Origin: an uncultured virus (IMG/VR IMGVR_UViG_3300044611_001480)
Lineage: Duplodnaviria > Heunggongvirae > Uroviricota > Caudoviricetes
IMG/VR virus record: IMGVR_UViG_3300044611_001480
DNA length: 64,000 bases
Strand: one strand, 5' to 3'
Below the pieces are notes generated by a model. It saw nothing but the letters and a program-made list of their open reading frames with translations, was not told where the DNA came from and did not search any database. Below, in pieces: positions 8,561 through 18,603 of the stretch (position 1 is the stretch's first letter; every line of letters starts with the position of its first letter). Position numbers and translations under genes: made by a program.

Positions 8561-8788
8561 ATGTCTAAAACAAGTATCTTAAGATATATTGGCAACATTC
8601 TTCTCATTATTGGTTATCAAACTATGCTATGGGGAGATTTTAAATATGGTTTAATGATAAAAGTTGTTGGGGGATTGCTCACAATACCTTTTGCTATTAA
8701 ACTTAAACTCTGGGATGTTTTATTCCTTTGTGCATTCTTTGGTATTTCTGAGATATCAAAAGTTGTACAACTTTTCCTAATTAAGTAA
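8561..8788 (+). CDS. Small membrane protein
   Basis: 75 aa with 2-3 hydrophobic segments. Confidence 0.6.
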   Translation: MSKTSILRYIGNILLIIGYQTMLWGDFKYGLMIKVVGGLLTIPFAIKLKLWDVLFLCAFFGISEISKVVQLFLIK

Positions 8789-8912
8789 AATTAGGTGGTG
8801 GAGTCAAGTTTGAACCCTGATTTGCCCTCGTCGTATGGGCATTATAAGTGACGACTGGTGCGGATGGGGATCTCTCCCGCATGGGTTTCAATTTCCAGTC
8901 AAAGAATTGGTG
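8770..8912 (+). ncRNA. Pseudoknot-rich RNA with repeated UGGUG motifs (wcaG/manA-motif-like)
   Basis: Three H-type pseudoknot-like units, each followed by TGGTG; lies between tRNAs and a nucleotide-sugar epimerase. Confidence 0.55.
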
Positions 8913-8930
8913 ATAATAATAAAAGATCTA

Positions 8931-8967
8931 AAAGAGAGTTGCTCAAACTCTCTTTTTTTTGTATAAT
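8931..8967 (+). terminator. Intrinsic terminator with an overlapping promoter -10
   Basis: AAGAGAGTT-GCTCA-AACTCTCTT plus T-run, then TATAAT. Confidence 0.65.
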
Positions 8968-8996
8968 ACATATTATATACACTAATAAATTGATTT

Positions 8997-10040
8997 ATGA
9001 GTCAATACATTAAAAAGGCACTTGTACTTGGTGCCGGTGGTTTCATTGGAAGTCATATGGTTCGTAGACTGAGATCAGAAGGGTATTGGGTACGTGGTGT
9101 TGACCTTAAGTATCCAGAGTTTTCTCAACACGAAGCAAATGAATTTATTCTTGGCGATCTTCGTGATGTAGATTTTGTTCGCCGTGTCCTTGAATATAAA
9201 GGAGATAGTGGCAACTTTTATCATTCAGTTCCTTATCGTTATATTCAATCGTTTGATGAGATCTATCAGTTTGCTGCTGATATGGGTGGTGCTGGATTTG
9301 TATTCACTGGTGAGAATGATGCAGACATTATGCATAATTCTGTTACCATTAATCTGAACGTTCTTGAAATGCAAAAACAGATGAATGAACGTACTGGCAA
9401 AAATATAACAAAAATTTTCTATTCTGGATCAGCATGTATGTATCCAGAGCACAATCAACTAGATCCAGATAATCCTGACTGCCGCGAAGAGTCCGCATAC
9501 CCAGCAAATCCAGACTCTGAGTATGGATGGGAAAAACTCTTCTCTGAACGTCTATACTTTGCTTATCATCGTAATTATGGAATCCCTGTTAGGATTTCTC
9601 GCTACCACAATATTTTTGGACCTGAAGGGACCTGGAAAGGTGGAAGAGAGAAGGCACCCGCAGCGATCTGTCGTAAGGTAGCATACCTTCCAGAAGAAGG
9701 TGGAACCATTGAAGTTTGGGGTGATGGAAAGCAGACACGTTCATTCCTCTATATTGATGAGTGCATTGAAGCAACTCGCAGGATGATGGATTCTAATTTC
9801 ATTGGACCAGTAAATATTGGTTCAGAAGAAATGGTCACTATCAATCAACTTGTAGAAACTGCTGCTAAAGTTTCCGGAAAGAATGTCGAAAAGAATCATA
9901 TTGATGGTCCTTTAGGTGTTCGTGGCCGCAACTCTAATAATGATGTAGTTCGTAAAGAACTTGGTTGGGATTATTCTCAATCTCTTGAGGAAGGTATTCG
10001 TAAAACATATGAATGGATTTGTGGGCAAATTAAAAAATGA
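8997..10040 (+). CDS. NAD-dependent epimerase, GDP-mannose 3,5-epimerase-like
   Basis: GAGGFIG, AADMGGAGF, SACMYP, YGWEK and GGREKAPAA motifs. Confidence 0.88.
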   Translation: MSQYIKKALVLGAGGFIGSHMVRRLRSEGYWVRGVDLKYPEFSQHEANEFILGDLRDVDFVRRVLEYKGDSGNFYHSVPYRYIQSFDEIYQFAADMGGAGFVFTGENDADIMHNSVTINLNVLEMQKQMNERTGKNITKIFYSGSACMYPEHNQLDPDNPDCREESAYPANPDSEYGWEKLFSERLYFAYHRNYGIPVRISRYHNIFGPEGTWKGGREKAPAAICRKVAYLPEEGGTIEVWGDGKQTRSFLYIDECIEATRRMMDSNFIGPVNIGSEEMVTINQLVETAAKVSGKNVEKNHIDGPLGVRGRNSNNDVVRKELGWDYSQSLEEGIRKTYEWICGQIKK

Positions 10041-10888
10041 AAATTGCAGTTCTTGGTTCTAGTGGTCAGATTGGTGCCTATCTTACAGAGTATCTACGCG
10101 GGAAAGGTCATATAGTTGAAGAGTTTGATGTAGTCAATGGACCTTCACAAGATATGACTGTAATTCCTAATCAATATCTTGAATTTAAAATTAGAGATTC
10201 TGATTTTGTATTTTTTCTTGCATTTGATGTGGGTGGTTCTCGTTATCTTAAAAAGTATCAACATACTTTCCAGTTTATTGATAATAATGCTCGTTTGATG
10301 GCAAATGCTTTTGGATATCTTCAAAAGTATAATAAGAGGTTCATCTTTGCTTCATCTCAAATGAGTAATATGAGTTATTCTCCTTATGGGGTTCTCAAGA
10401 ATGTTGGTGAACTGTATACCAAATCACTCAAAGGACTGATCGTTAAGTTCTGGAATGTTTATGGTATTGAAAAAGATTATGATAAGTCACATGCAATCAC
10501 AGACTTTATTCGCAAAGGATTTGAGACTGGTGTAATTGATATGCTTACAGATGGTCAAGAAGAACGTGAGTTTCTTTATGCAGAAGATTGTTGTGATGCA
10601 CTTGAAATTATTATGGATAATTATAATGATTTTACATCAGAAGATGAATTACATATTACCAGTTTCCATTCCACAAAAATCATTGATATTGCCAACATAA
10701 TTATGGGACAATTTAATTTGATTGGTAAATATGATGTTAAACTGCAACCATCTATTGAAAAAGATAATGTTCAAATGGATAAAAGAAATAAACCAGATAC
10801 TTATTTGACCAAGTGGTGGATACCAAAAACAACAATTGAACAGGGAATATCAAAAGTCTTTAAAGATATGGAGAAAAATTATGTCTAA
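10037..10888 (+). CDS. NAD-dependent epimerase/dehydratase
   Basis: GSSGQIG, YGVLK, NVYG and REFLYAED motifs. Confidence 0.85.
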   Translation: MKIAVLGSSGQIGAYLTEYLRGKGHIVEEFDVVNGPSQDMTVIPNQYLEFKIRDSDFVFFLAFDVGGSRYLKKYQHTFQFIDNNARLMANAFGYLQKYNKRFIFASSQMSNMSYSPYGVLKNVGELYTKSLKGLIVKFWNVYGIEKDYDKSHAITDFIRKGFETGVIDMLTDGQEEREFLYAEDCCDALEIIMDNYNDFTSEDELHITSFHSTKIIDIANIIMGQFNLIGKYDVKLQPSIEKDNVQMDKRNKPDTYLTKWWIPKTTIEQGISKVFKDMEKNYV

Positions 10889-10935
10889 TATTACTGAACT
10901 TCAAAATTTTATTAACAAACTATATTGTAATTTTA

Positions 10936-11793
10936 ATGTTAGCATTTAACCAAATTGGTAATTTAGGTAGACTGGGAAACCAGATGTTTGAATATGCGGC
11001 AGTGAAAGGTATTGCCGCTCATCATGGATATGATTGGTGTATTCCTCCATTTCATAGAATTGGTATTGAAAACTATAGTCTTCACAATTGTTTTAAATTG
11101 GAATCTGTAAAAGATAATAATCTCTCTTATCGTGAAGATTTGAATTATGTTCAAGAAAGATTTTTTCATTTTGATGAGGAACTGTTTAACCAATGTCCAG
11201 ATAATGTGAGTCTTCATGGATTCTATCAATCTGAAAAATATTTTAAACATATTTCAGATGAAATTCGCAAAGATTTTACATTTCATGATGAGCATCTAGA
11301 ACCATGCAAAGAGATGATGCAATCTCTGGAAGGACAGGAACCTATTATGCTTCATGTTCGTCGTGGTGATCCAAATCTTGTTGATCCTCGTGGATTTAAA
11401 TGGGCATATGTAAATTGTTCTGATCAACATCCTGTTCAACCAGTAGAATATTACGAAAAAGCACTTTCTGAATTTGATGATACTCAACCAGTAATTGTTT
11501 TTTCTGATTCTCCAGAATGGGTAAAGGAACAAGAATTTTTTTCTAGTGATAGATTTCTTATTTCTGAACCAGTTGATAAATATGCAGATGGTTCTTATAC
11601 TCCATATGCTGACTTATGCTTGATGTCTTTGTGTTCTCATGCTATAATTGCTAATAGTAGTATGAGTTGGTGGGGTGCTTGGTTAATTGAAAATCCCAAC
11701 AAAAAAATCATTGCTCCTCAAATGTGGTTTGGTCCTGCATATGCAGACAAAGAAACTAAAGACCTATATTGTTCAAATTGGAAAATAATATGA
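10936..11793 (+). CDS. GT11 alpha-1,2-fucosyltransferase-like protein
   Basis: GRLGNQMF, GFYQSEKYF, HVRRGD and NSSMSWWGAWL motifs. Confidence 0.88.
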   Translation: MLAFNQIGNLGRLGNQMFEYAAVKGIAAHHGYDWCIPPFHRIGIENYSLHNCFKLESVKDNNLSYREDLNYVQERFFHFDEELFNQCPDNVSLHGFYQSEKYFKHISDEIRKDFTFHDEHLEPCKEMMQSLEGQEPIMLHVRRGDPNLVDPRGFKWAYVNCSDQHPVQPVEYYEKALSEFDDTQPVIVFSDSPEWVKEQEFFSSDRFLISEPVDKYADGSYTPYADLCLMSLCSHAIIANSSMSWWGAWLIENPNKKIIAPQMWFGPAYADKETKDLYCSNWKII

Positions 11794-12782
11794 AAATTTT
11801 TGTAACAGGATGCGCTGGATTGCTTGGTGCTAATTATAGTCGTCACCTTATTTCTAATGGTCATGAAGTAATTGGTATTGATGATTTATCTGGAGGATAT
11901 AAAGCATTTATTCCAAAGGCAGAAAATTTTACTTTTGTTAAATTTGATCTTGAAAGAAGAAAAAAAGTTGTAGAACTTTTTGAAGAGCACAAACCTGATG
12001 TTCTTTTGCACTTTGCTGCGTATGCTGCAGAAGGACTTTCTCCTTTTATTCGTAATTTTAACTATAGAAATAATCTTATTTGCTCTGCAAATTTGATTAA
12101 TGAGTGTATTACTCATAATACTAAAATGATATTTACGTCCAGTATGGCTGTTTATGGAGAACAAGAACCTCCATTTACAGAAGATAAAAAACCTCAACCA
12201 ATTGATCCATATGGTATTGCCAAATATGCCGTAGAGTGTGATCTTAAACTTGCCCATGAACAGTTTGGTCTTCGGTATAATATTGTTCGTCCTCATAATG
12301 TTCTTGGTGTTTATCAAAACATTTGGGATAAGTATCGTAATGTGATTGGTATTTTTATTCGCAAAACATTAAATGGAGAACCAATTTTAGTTTATGGTGA
12401 TGGAGAACAAACTCGTGCTTTCTCTGATATCAAATATTATATGGAACCATTTGACAAACTTCTTACTGATTATGATGGAGAAACTTTTAATATTGGTGCT
12501 GATAAATATTTCACCTTAAACGAAGTTGCAGATACAGTCCAAAAAATAGGTAAAAAGTATGGTTATGATGTTCCAATTGAGCATGGTGAACCAAGGCATG
12601 AGGTAAAACATGCATATTGCGATCATACAAAAGCAAAAACAATTCTTCAATTTGAAGATGATACTAATCTTGAAGAACTCATTGATAGTATGTTTATTTG
12701 GGCAATGAAACAACCAAATAGAAAAGTTAAAACTATGGATTATGAAGTCACAAAAGATATTTACGATTATTGGAAAAAATGA
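11790..12782 (+). CDS. NAD-dependent epimerase (UDP-glucose 4-epimerase-like)
   Basis: VTGCAGLLG, SSMAVYG, YGIAK and GDGEQTRAF motifs. Confidence 0.88.
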   Translation: MKIFVTGCAGLLGANYSRHLISNGHEVIGIDDLSGGYKAFIPKAENFTFVKFDLERRKKVVELFEEHKPDVLLHFAAYAAEGLSPFIRNFNYRNNLICSANLINECITHNTKMIFTSSMAVYGEQEPPFTEDKKPQPIDPYGIAKYAVECDLKLAHEQFGLRYNIVRPHNVLGVYQNIWDKYRNVIGIFIRKTLNGEPILVYGDGEQTRAFSDIKYYMEPFDKLLTDYDGETFNIGADKYFTLNEVADTVQKIGKKYGYDVPIEHGEPRHEVKHAYCDHTKAKTILQFEDDTNLEELIDSMFIWAMKQPNRKVKTMDYEVTKDIYDYWKK

Positions 12783-13579
12783 AAACTGTAGGTATTATTG
12801 GAAATGGGTTTGTGGGAAATGCAATCTATCAAAATTTTAAAGATAGGATTTCTACAAAAGTTTTTGATGTTTTTCCAGAAAAAACATTAAATTCATACGA
12901 TGAGGTACTTTCTTGTGATGTAATTTTTGTTTGTCTTCCTACACCAATGATGGAAGATGGAACTTGCGACACTTCTTATATTTTTAATTTTTTTAATGAA
13001 GTTCCAAATAACATATCTGGATTATTTGTAATTAAATCTACAGTACCTATTGGTACAACAGATGAGCTTTGCAGTTTGAGACTTGATCTTAAAATTTTAC
13101 ATAATCCAGAATTTCTCACTGCAGAAAATGCAAAAAATGATTTTTTGCATTGCAATAGAAATGTAATTGGAGGAGATTGTTCTTATGCAAAATATTTTGG
13201 GGAGTTTCTTTATAATATTTTTCCCGAGTGGAATGATACTCCTTTATACATAGTTCAATCTAAAGAATCGGAAACAATTAAATATTTTTCAAATTCTTTT
13301 TTGGCATTAAAAATTGCGTATTTTAATAATCTTTATGAAACTTGTAATAGTTTCAATATCAATTACGATAAAGTTAAAGATGCAATTGTAAAGGATGATA
13401 GAATTGGAACTCATCACACTAAAGTTCCTGGACCAGATGGTAAATTGGGATTTGGTGGTTATTGTTTTCCCAAAGACATTAACGCACTTATTCACACATT
13501 AAATGAAAATAATATTAATTCTGAATTGCTACAAGCAACTTGGGATTATAATAAAAAAATAAGAGGTATTTATGACTGA
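12779..13579 (+). CDS. UDP-glucose/GDP-mannose dehydrogenase family protein (short form)
   Basis: GNGFVG, VCLPTP, KSTVPIGT, NPEFL and GFGGYCFPKD motifs; no C-terminal domain. Confidence 0.85.
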   Translation: MKTVGIIGNGFVGNAIYQNFKDRISTKVFDVFPEKTLNSYDEVLSCDVIFVCLPTPMMEDGTCDTSYIFNFFNEVPNNISGLFVIKSTVPIGTTDELCSLRLDLKILHNPEFLTAENAKNDFLHCNRNVIGGDCSYAKYFGEFLYNIFPEWNDTPLYIVQSKESETIKYFSNSFLALKIAYFNNLYETCNSFNINYDKVKDAIVKDDRIGTHHTKVPGPDGKLGFGGYCFPKDINALIHTLNENNINSELLQATWDYNKKIRGIYD

Positions 13580-14264
13580 AGAATTTATTTTTCCCGATTG
13601 TAATCGGTATTTTAAAAAAGATTTGGAAAAACTCCGATATAAATTTTCGGGCGTAGAAAATATTGAGAATAATTATTCTCAAGCATTTCAAGATATGTTT
13701 GCTCTCAGTATTCTTGATGGAAAAAAGAATGGAACATATGTTGAGATTGGTGGTGATCACGGCGTAATTATTAGTAATACGTATCTTTTGGAAACTCAAT
13801 TTAATTGGAATGGAGTTTCTTTTGAAATTGATCCAGAAAAAGTAAATGGATATAATTCAATACGTGAAAATAAATGTATTTGTGCGGATGCTTTGACTTT
13901 TGATTATACAAAATTATTTGAAGAAAAAAAATTTCCAAAACAAATTGATTATCTTCAAGTAGATATTGAACCTGCTTGGCAGACATTAAATGCTCTTAAA
14001 GCACTTCCTCTTGATGAGTATAGATTTTCTGTGATTACATATGAAACTGATGCTTATAAAGATGGTCCAGATGCAGGTGAAGAGGCTATGGAAATACTTT
14101 TATCTTTTGGGTATCAACTTGTAGTTAGAAATGTAGCAAATTTAAATAATCCCTATGAAGATTGGTATGTTGATCCACAAGTAGTTAATCCTGAAATTGT
14201 TGAAAAATTTATAAATTCTAGTAGACTTTCAAAGGAAAGTACCAAATGTATCTTTGCAGTTTAA
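13572..14264 (+). CDS. FkbM-like SAM-dependent methyltransferase
   Basis: YSQAFQD, GTYVEIGG, SNTYLLE and IDYLQVDIE motifs. Confidence 0.75.
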   Translation: MTEEFIFPDCNRYFKKDLEKLRYKFSGVENIENNYSQAFQDMFALSILDGKKNGTYVEIGGDHGVIISNTYLLETQFNWNGVSFEIDPEKVNGYNSIRENKCICADALTFDYTKLFEEKKFPKQIDYLQVDIEPAWQTLNALKALPLDEYRFSVITYETDAYKDGPDAGEEAMEILLSFGYQLVVRNVANLNNPYEDWYVDPQVVNPEIVEKFINSSRLSKESTKCIFAV

Positions 14265-14267
14265 AAA

Positions 14268-14900
14268 ATGTTAATTAGTTTTTCTTCGTTAGTCCATAAG
14301 TATAAAATTGATGTTAGTGGTGTAATTCATATTGGAGGTCATATTGGACAAGAACTTCCAAGTTACAAAAATTCAAATGTAGAAAATATTTTAATATTTG
14401 AACCACAAAAAGGTCCATTTGAAAAACTTTTTAAAGTTGCAAATGAACTTAATTTTGAAAATATTATTTTAGTAAATAAAGCATTGGGTAATAGTAATAA
14501 AAATATTGAAATGATCTGCAATGAAGATGGACTTTGTAGTTCTATTTTAAAACCAAAAATTGTTTTAACCCAATATCCTGATATTAAATTTGACAGGACA
14601 GAAGAAGTTGAAATGATTACCCTCGATTCGTATTTTGCAATTAATGAAAATAATACTTATAATTTTATTAATATGGATACGCAAGGATATGAATTGGAAG
14701 TTCTTAAAGGTGCTTTAAAAACTTTAGAAAAAATTGATGCAGTTTATACCGAAGTAAACAATGCTGAAGTTTATGAAAATAATGCTCTTATTCAAGAGAT
14801 TGATGAATTTTTATCTTCTTATGATTTAGTTAGAGTTGAAACTGATTGGATGGGCGGAACTTGGGGTGACGCATTTTATATTAATCAAAAATTTTTATGA
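14268..14900 (+). CDS. FkbM family methyltransferase
   Basis: HIGGHIG, FEP, MDTQGYELEVLKG and WGDAFY motifs. Confidence 0.85.
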   Translation: MLISFSSLVHKYKIDVSGVIHIGGHIGQELPSYKNSNVENILIFEPQKGPFEKLFKVANELNFENIILVNKALGNSNKNIEMICNEDGLCSSILKPKIVLTQYPDIKFDRTEEVEMITLDSYFAINENNTYNFINMDTQGYELEVLKGALKTLEKIDAVYTEVNNAEVYENNALIQEIDEFLSSYDLVRVETDWMGGTWGDAFYINQKFL

Positions 14901-15688
14901 GTAATTATTTGAATACGATCTCCCATTGGTACGGGAGATTTGGAAATAATATTCAACAAATTTGTAATGGAGTATTATTTTCAGAAATTCATGGAGATGG
15001 ATTTTTTAGCCCAGAACATGAATTGATTGATCAAGTATCACTGAATAATGAAAATAAAACTATAATTAGACCTAGTAGATTTTTTCATTATAATACTCAA
15101 AATAAAGATTTTGATATTGATATTAAATATTTTTATAAAAATATTGGCAGAGTAGCAAAAAATTATATTGTTCCTAAATTTAAATTTAAAATTGAATCTC
15201 CCTTTGATGAAGATACTTTAGTTATTCATATTCGTAGTGGAGATATTTTTGCACATGAACATAATCCTCCCCATGATTATGTTCCAAATCCTCTTTGTTA
15301 TTATTTGAATTTGGTTGATGAATATGCTAAAATAATCGTAGTAACTGAACCAGATAATTATAATCCAATAGTTGATGAACTCAAAAAAATAAACAAAGTA
15401 ACTATCCAGTCTTCTTCTGTTGGGGAAGATTTTTCTACTTTGTTGAGAACAAAAAATCTTGCATCTTCTGGTACAGGAACATTTGCAGTTGCGGCAGCAT
15501 TATGTTCAAATAATTTAAAAAATTATTATTGTAGTGATTTGTATTTTGATGAGCATTTAAATCCAGAAATGTTATTTGATTCTGATGTTACAGTCCAAAT
15601 GATGAATTTGAAAAATTATATTCAACTAAAAACTTGGAAAAATAATGAACAACAAAGAAAATTTATTTTGGAGTATAAAAATCAATGA
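14897..15688 (+). CDS. GT11-related glycosyltransferase-like protein
   Basis: GRFGNNIQQ, HIRSGD and GTF motifs. Confidence 0.6.
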   Translation: MSNYLNTISHWYGRFGNNIQQICNGVLFSEIHGDGFFSPEHELIDQVSLNNENKTIIRPSRFFHYNTQNKDFDIDIKYFYKNIGRVAKNYIVPKFKFKIESPFDEDTLVIHIRSGDIFAHEHNPPHDYVPNPLCYYLNLVDEYAKIIVVTEPDNYNPIVDELKKINKVTIQSSSVGEDFSTLLRTKNLASSGTGTFAVAAALCSNNLKNYYCSDLYFDEHLNPEMLFDSDVTVQMMNLKNYIQLKTWKNNEQQRKFILEYKNQ

Positions 15689-16539
15689 GAATATTTGATT
15701 CTTTTATTTTTTTTAATGAACTTGATTTATTAGAAATGAGATTAAACATCTTAAATGATGTTGTAGATTATTTTGTTTTGACGGAATCTCCTTGGACAGT
15801 AAGTGGAAATCCAAAACCCCTTTATTATCAAGAAAATAAAGATAGGTTTGAAAAATTCAATCATAAGATTATTCATAATGTAACCGAAGTCATTCCAAAT
15901 GACTATTCGGAATATATGGAAAAAAAGAAATATCATACTCCTTTTAATGGATTGAATTTGGATGGAATTCCTTATGATACGTATGAATTGAGATTTAAAA
16001 GAGCTATTTTTAATCGTGATAGTAGTATCTATGGATTAGTTAATTTTGGTATAAATGGTGATGATATTGTTCTTACTAGTGATGCGGATGAAATTATCAA
16101 TCCTTTAATTCTTAAAAATTTAGAATGGTTTGATCCATCAAATCATTATGCTTGTCTTCAAAGAGCTTTTTATTATAAATTGAATTGTCTTTATCAAGAA
16201 AATTGGATGGGAACAAGAATTTCAACATTTAAAGTTCTTTCCGAATCTTCAGTTGATATGTTGAGAAATCAACATAGAAATTCTTATAAAATAGAACAAG
16301 GTGGATGGCACTGGAGTTGTTTTGGTGATGCTGATAATTTTAGATTAAAGATGCAATCATACGAACACACTGAATGTAATATCCCATCCGTTGTAGATAA
16401 TGCAGAAGAAAAAATAGAAAAGGGAATTGATCCATTAAATCGTGGATTGTTAACAACTGTTCCAATTGATGATTCTTATCCAGAATATATTTTAAATAAT
16501 CAAGAAAAATACATTAAAGTCATTAAACCATGGAATTGA
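15685..16539 (+). CDS. GT17 family glycosyltransferase (beta-1,4-GlcNAc transferase-like)
   Basis: FFNELDLLEMRL, VDYFVLTES, SDADEI and GGWHWS motifs. Confidence 0.85.
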   Translation: MRIFDSFIFFNELDLLEMRLNILNDVVDYFVLTESPWTVSGNPKPLYYQENKDRFEKFNHKIIHNVTEVIPNDYSEYMEKKKYHTPFNGLNLDGIPYDTYELRFKRAIFNRDSSIYGLVNFGINGDDIVLTSDADEIINPLILKNLEWFDPSNHYACLQRAFYYKLNCLYQENWMGTRISTFKVLSESSVDMLRNQHRNSYKIEQGGWHWSCFGDADNFRLKMQSYEHTECNIPSVVDNAEEKIEKGIDPLNRGLLTTVPIDDSYPEYILNNQEKYIKVIKPWN

Positions 16540-17471
16540 TTGAAGGTATAGCACTTTCAAATTTATGCGATTATTCTTTTGGTGACCAAGGAGGTCAATG
16601 GGGAAATATCTATACATCTTTTATGAAAGATGCAAATTTATTAAATTTGGAGTTTATTGAAAAAATATTTGAAATAAAAAAAAGTCGCAATTATATGACT
16701 TTGTTTATTGACAATATTCGTTTATATAAAAGATATATCGTAGAAGTAAAAGAAGAAGATCGTCCAATTATAGACTCATTGATGGAAAAAAGTGATCTTT
16801 TAAAATTATGCTCTCATTTTCCAGATATGAAATTTATTATTTTTACTAATTTAGAAGATACTCCAATTGATGAATATATTTTTGATGTGATTCCTGATAA
16901 TGTTCTTTGTATTTCTGCTGTCAATGCTATAAGTCATGGAGGTAAAGTTATTCCTGCTCCATATGGACTTCAAAGAAAGATGCATTTAGGTGATGATAGG
17001 ATTGATGATATTAAAAATTACATGAAGCATATTCCAAAAAATCCTCCAGGTTTATTATATGTAAGTCACAATGAAGGATCAAATATTGAACGCAGAGGTA
17101 TTAAAGAATTATTTTACAATAAATCATGGGCAGAAGTTCATGATAAAAGAGTTTCATATTCTGTATTTCTTTATAATTTGAGTCAATCAAAATTTATGAT
17201 TTGTCCTCGTGGAAATGCTATAGATTGTCATCGTAATTGGGAAGTTCTCTATATGAGAAGAGTTCCTATTATGAAAAGACATCCATATCTTGAATTTTTG
17301 TTTAAAGATTATCCTGTTCTTTTTGTAAATGAATATTCTGAAATCACAAAAGAATTTTTAGAAAAAAATGATTATATATTTAAACAAGCACAAGAAATGG
17401 ATTTGACATCATTGACACTTTCATCTTTTTTTGATAAAATTGTAAATGAAAATTTGAAAAAAATATGTTAG
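16530..17471 (+). CDS. Exostosin/GT47-like glycosyltransferase
   Basis: SKFMICPRGNAIDCHRNWEVLY...VPI motif. Confidence 0.7.
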   Translation: MELIEGIALSNLCDYSFGDQGGQWGNIYTSFMKDANLLNLEFIEKIFEIKKSRNYMTLFIDNIRLYKRYIVEVKEEDRPIIDSLMEKSDLLKLCSHFPDMKFIIFTNLEDTPIDEYIFDVIPDNVLCISAVNAISHGGKVIPAPYGLQRKMHLGDDRIDDIKNYMKHIPKNPPGLLYVSHNEGSNIERRGIKELFYNKSWAEVHDKRVSYSVFLYNLSQSKFMICPRGNAIDCHRNWEVLYMRRVPIMKRHPYLEFLFKDYPVLFVNEYSEITKEFLEKNDYIFKQAQEMDLTSLTLSSFFDKIVNENLKKIC

Positions 17472-18451
17472 TAAATGAAATGTATCTTGGGTCTGGTTTA
17501 GGAAATCAGATTTGGGCATCAGTAGTAACAAGAATTATTGCAGAAAAACTTGGATATAAGTATGGAATTAAAGGAAAAAATCTGTGGAAAGGTGTTGGAT
17601 GGATGCCTTATTTTTGGGGAGAAGATGTCGTAGGGGGATCTAGTCCAGACGGAGGTCCTCCAGATATTCTTCCTGAAGGAATTGGATATTGGTATCGGGA
17701 AAGACAAGAAGGGCACTATAAAGAAGGTAGGCATCATCATGATATGAATCCTATTGATCATGGTCTTTTCTTTCTTCCTGATAATACAAAGATTGATGGT
17801 ACATTTCAAAATCTTCTTTACATTGAAGATAGAAAAGATGATATTCGTGAATGGTGTAAAGTAGACGAAGATAAAATCATTTATGATTATGCTTCTGATA
17901 ATATTTGTGTTATTCATTTTAGGGGCGGAGATTATTCCACTGGTCATTCATTTTTGCCACCCCAATATTATCAAATGGCAATTCAAAGAATGAAAGAACT
18001 TCGTAGTGATATGCAATTTGTAATTGTTACTGATGATCCAGATCTTGCCAGAAAACATATACCTGGAATTGAAGTAGTTGGTGCAGCAGTTTCTAATGAA
18101 CCTGGTGGTCCTGATTATAAAATTGGTTGGTATCAAATGAAAGGGGGTCCACTTTCAATTGATTATACGATTCTCCATACAGCAAAAAATGTTATTATGT
18201 CATCCTCAACTTTTTCATTTTGGCCAGTTTGGTTATCTACAAATCTTCAAAATATTATTGTTCCTATGTATTGGTTTGATTGGAATTATTCTGATGGTTG
18301 GTGGAGACCTGTTGATTCTATTGTAACTGAATGGACATATATGGACAGAAATGGAAATTTAAAAAATGGACACGATTGTTGGCAAGAACATCGTCGTTAT
18401 AATAACGTAATCAATCCAGATACTTCTGGAATTATCATTCAATATTCTTAA
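17465..18451 (+). CDS. GT11-like glycosyltransferase
   Basis: GLGNQ, HFRGGDY, VTDD and SSTFSFWP motifs. Confidence 0.75.
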   Translation: MLVNEMYLGSGLGNQIWASVVTRIIAEKLGYKYGIKGKNLWKGVGWMPYFWGEDVVGGSSPDGGPPDILPEGIGYWYRERQEGHYKEGRHHHDMNPIDHGLFFLPDNTKIDGTFQNLLYIEDRKDDIREWCKVDEDKIIYDYASDNICVIHFRGGDYSTGHSFLPPQYYQMAIQRMKELRSDMQFVIVTDDPDLARKHIPGIEVVGAAVSNEPGGPDYKIGWYQMKGGPLSIDYTILHTAKNVIMSSSTFSFWPVWLSTNLQNIIVPMYWFDWNYSDGWWRPVDSIVTEWTYMDRNGNLKNGHDCWQEHRRYNNVINPDTSGIIIQYS

Positions 18452-18456
18452 AACAT

Positions 18457-18603
18457 ATGACTATTCACGATTGGAACGCTATTTCAGATGAGATGATGGG
18501 ATTATATGCCCAATCTTGTGATGGATGTGCAAGCGATGATTCAAATAAAGTAGAAGAGTGGTATAGTAGTAATATTATTGTTTATATTAAGAAAGATGAT
18601 TAA
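18457..18603 (+). CDS. 48-aa ORF, possible remnant of an internally deleted gene
   Basis: MTIHDWNAISDEMMGLYAQSCDGC...IKKDD; fills the gap and overlaps the next start. Confidence 0.4.
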   Translation: MTIHDWNAISDEMMGLYAQSCDGCASDDSNKVEEWYSSNIIVYIKKDD

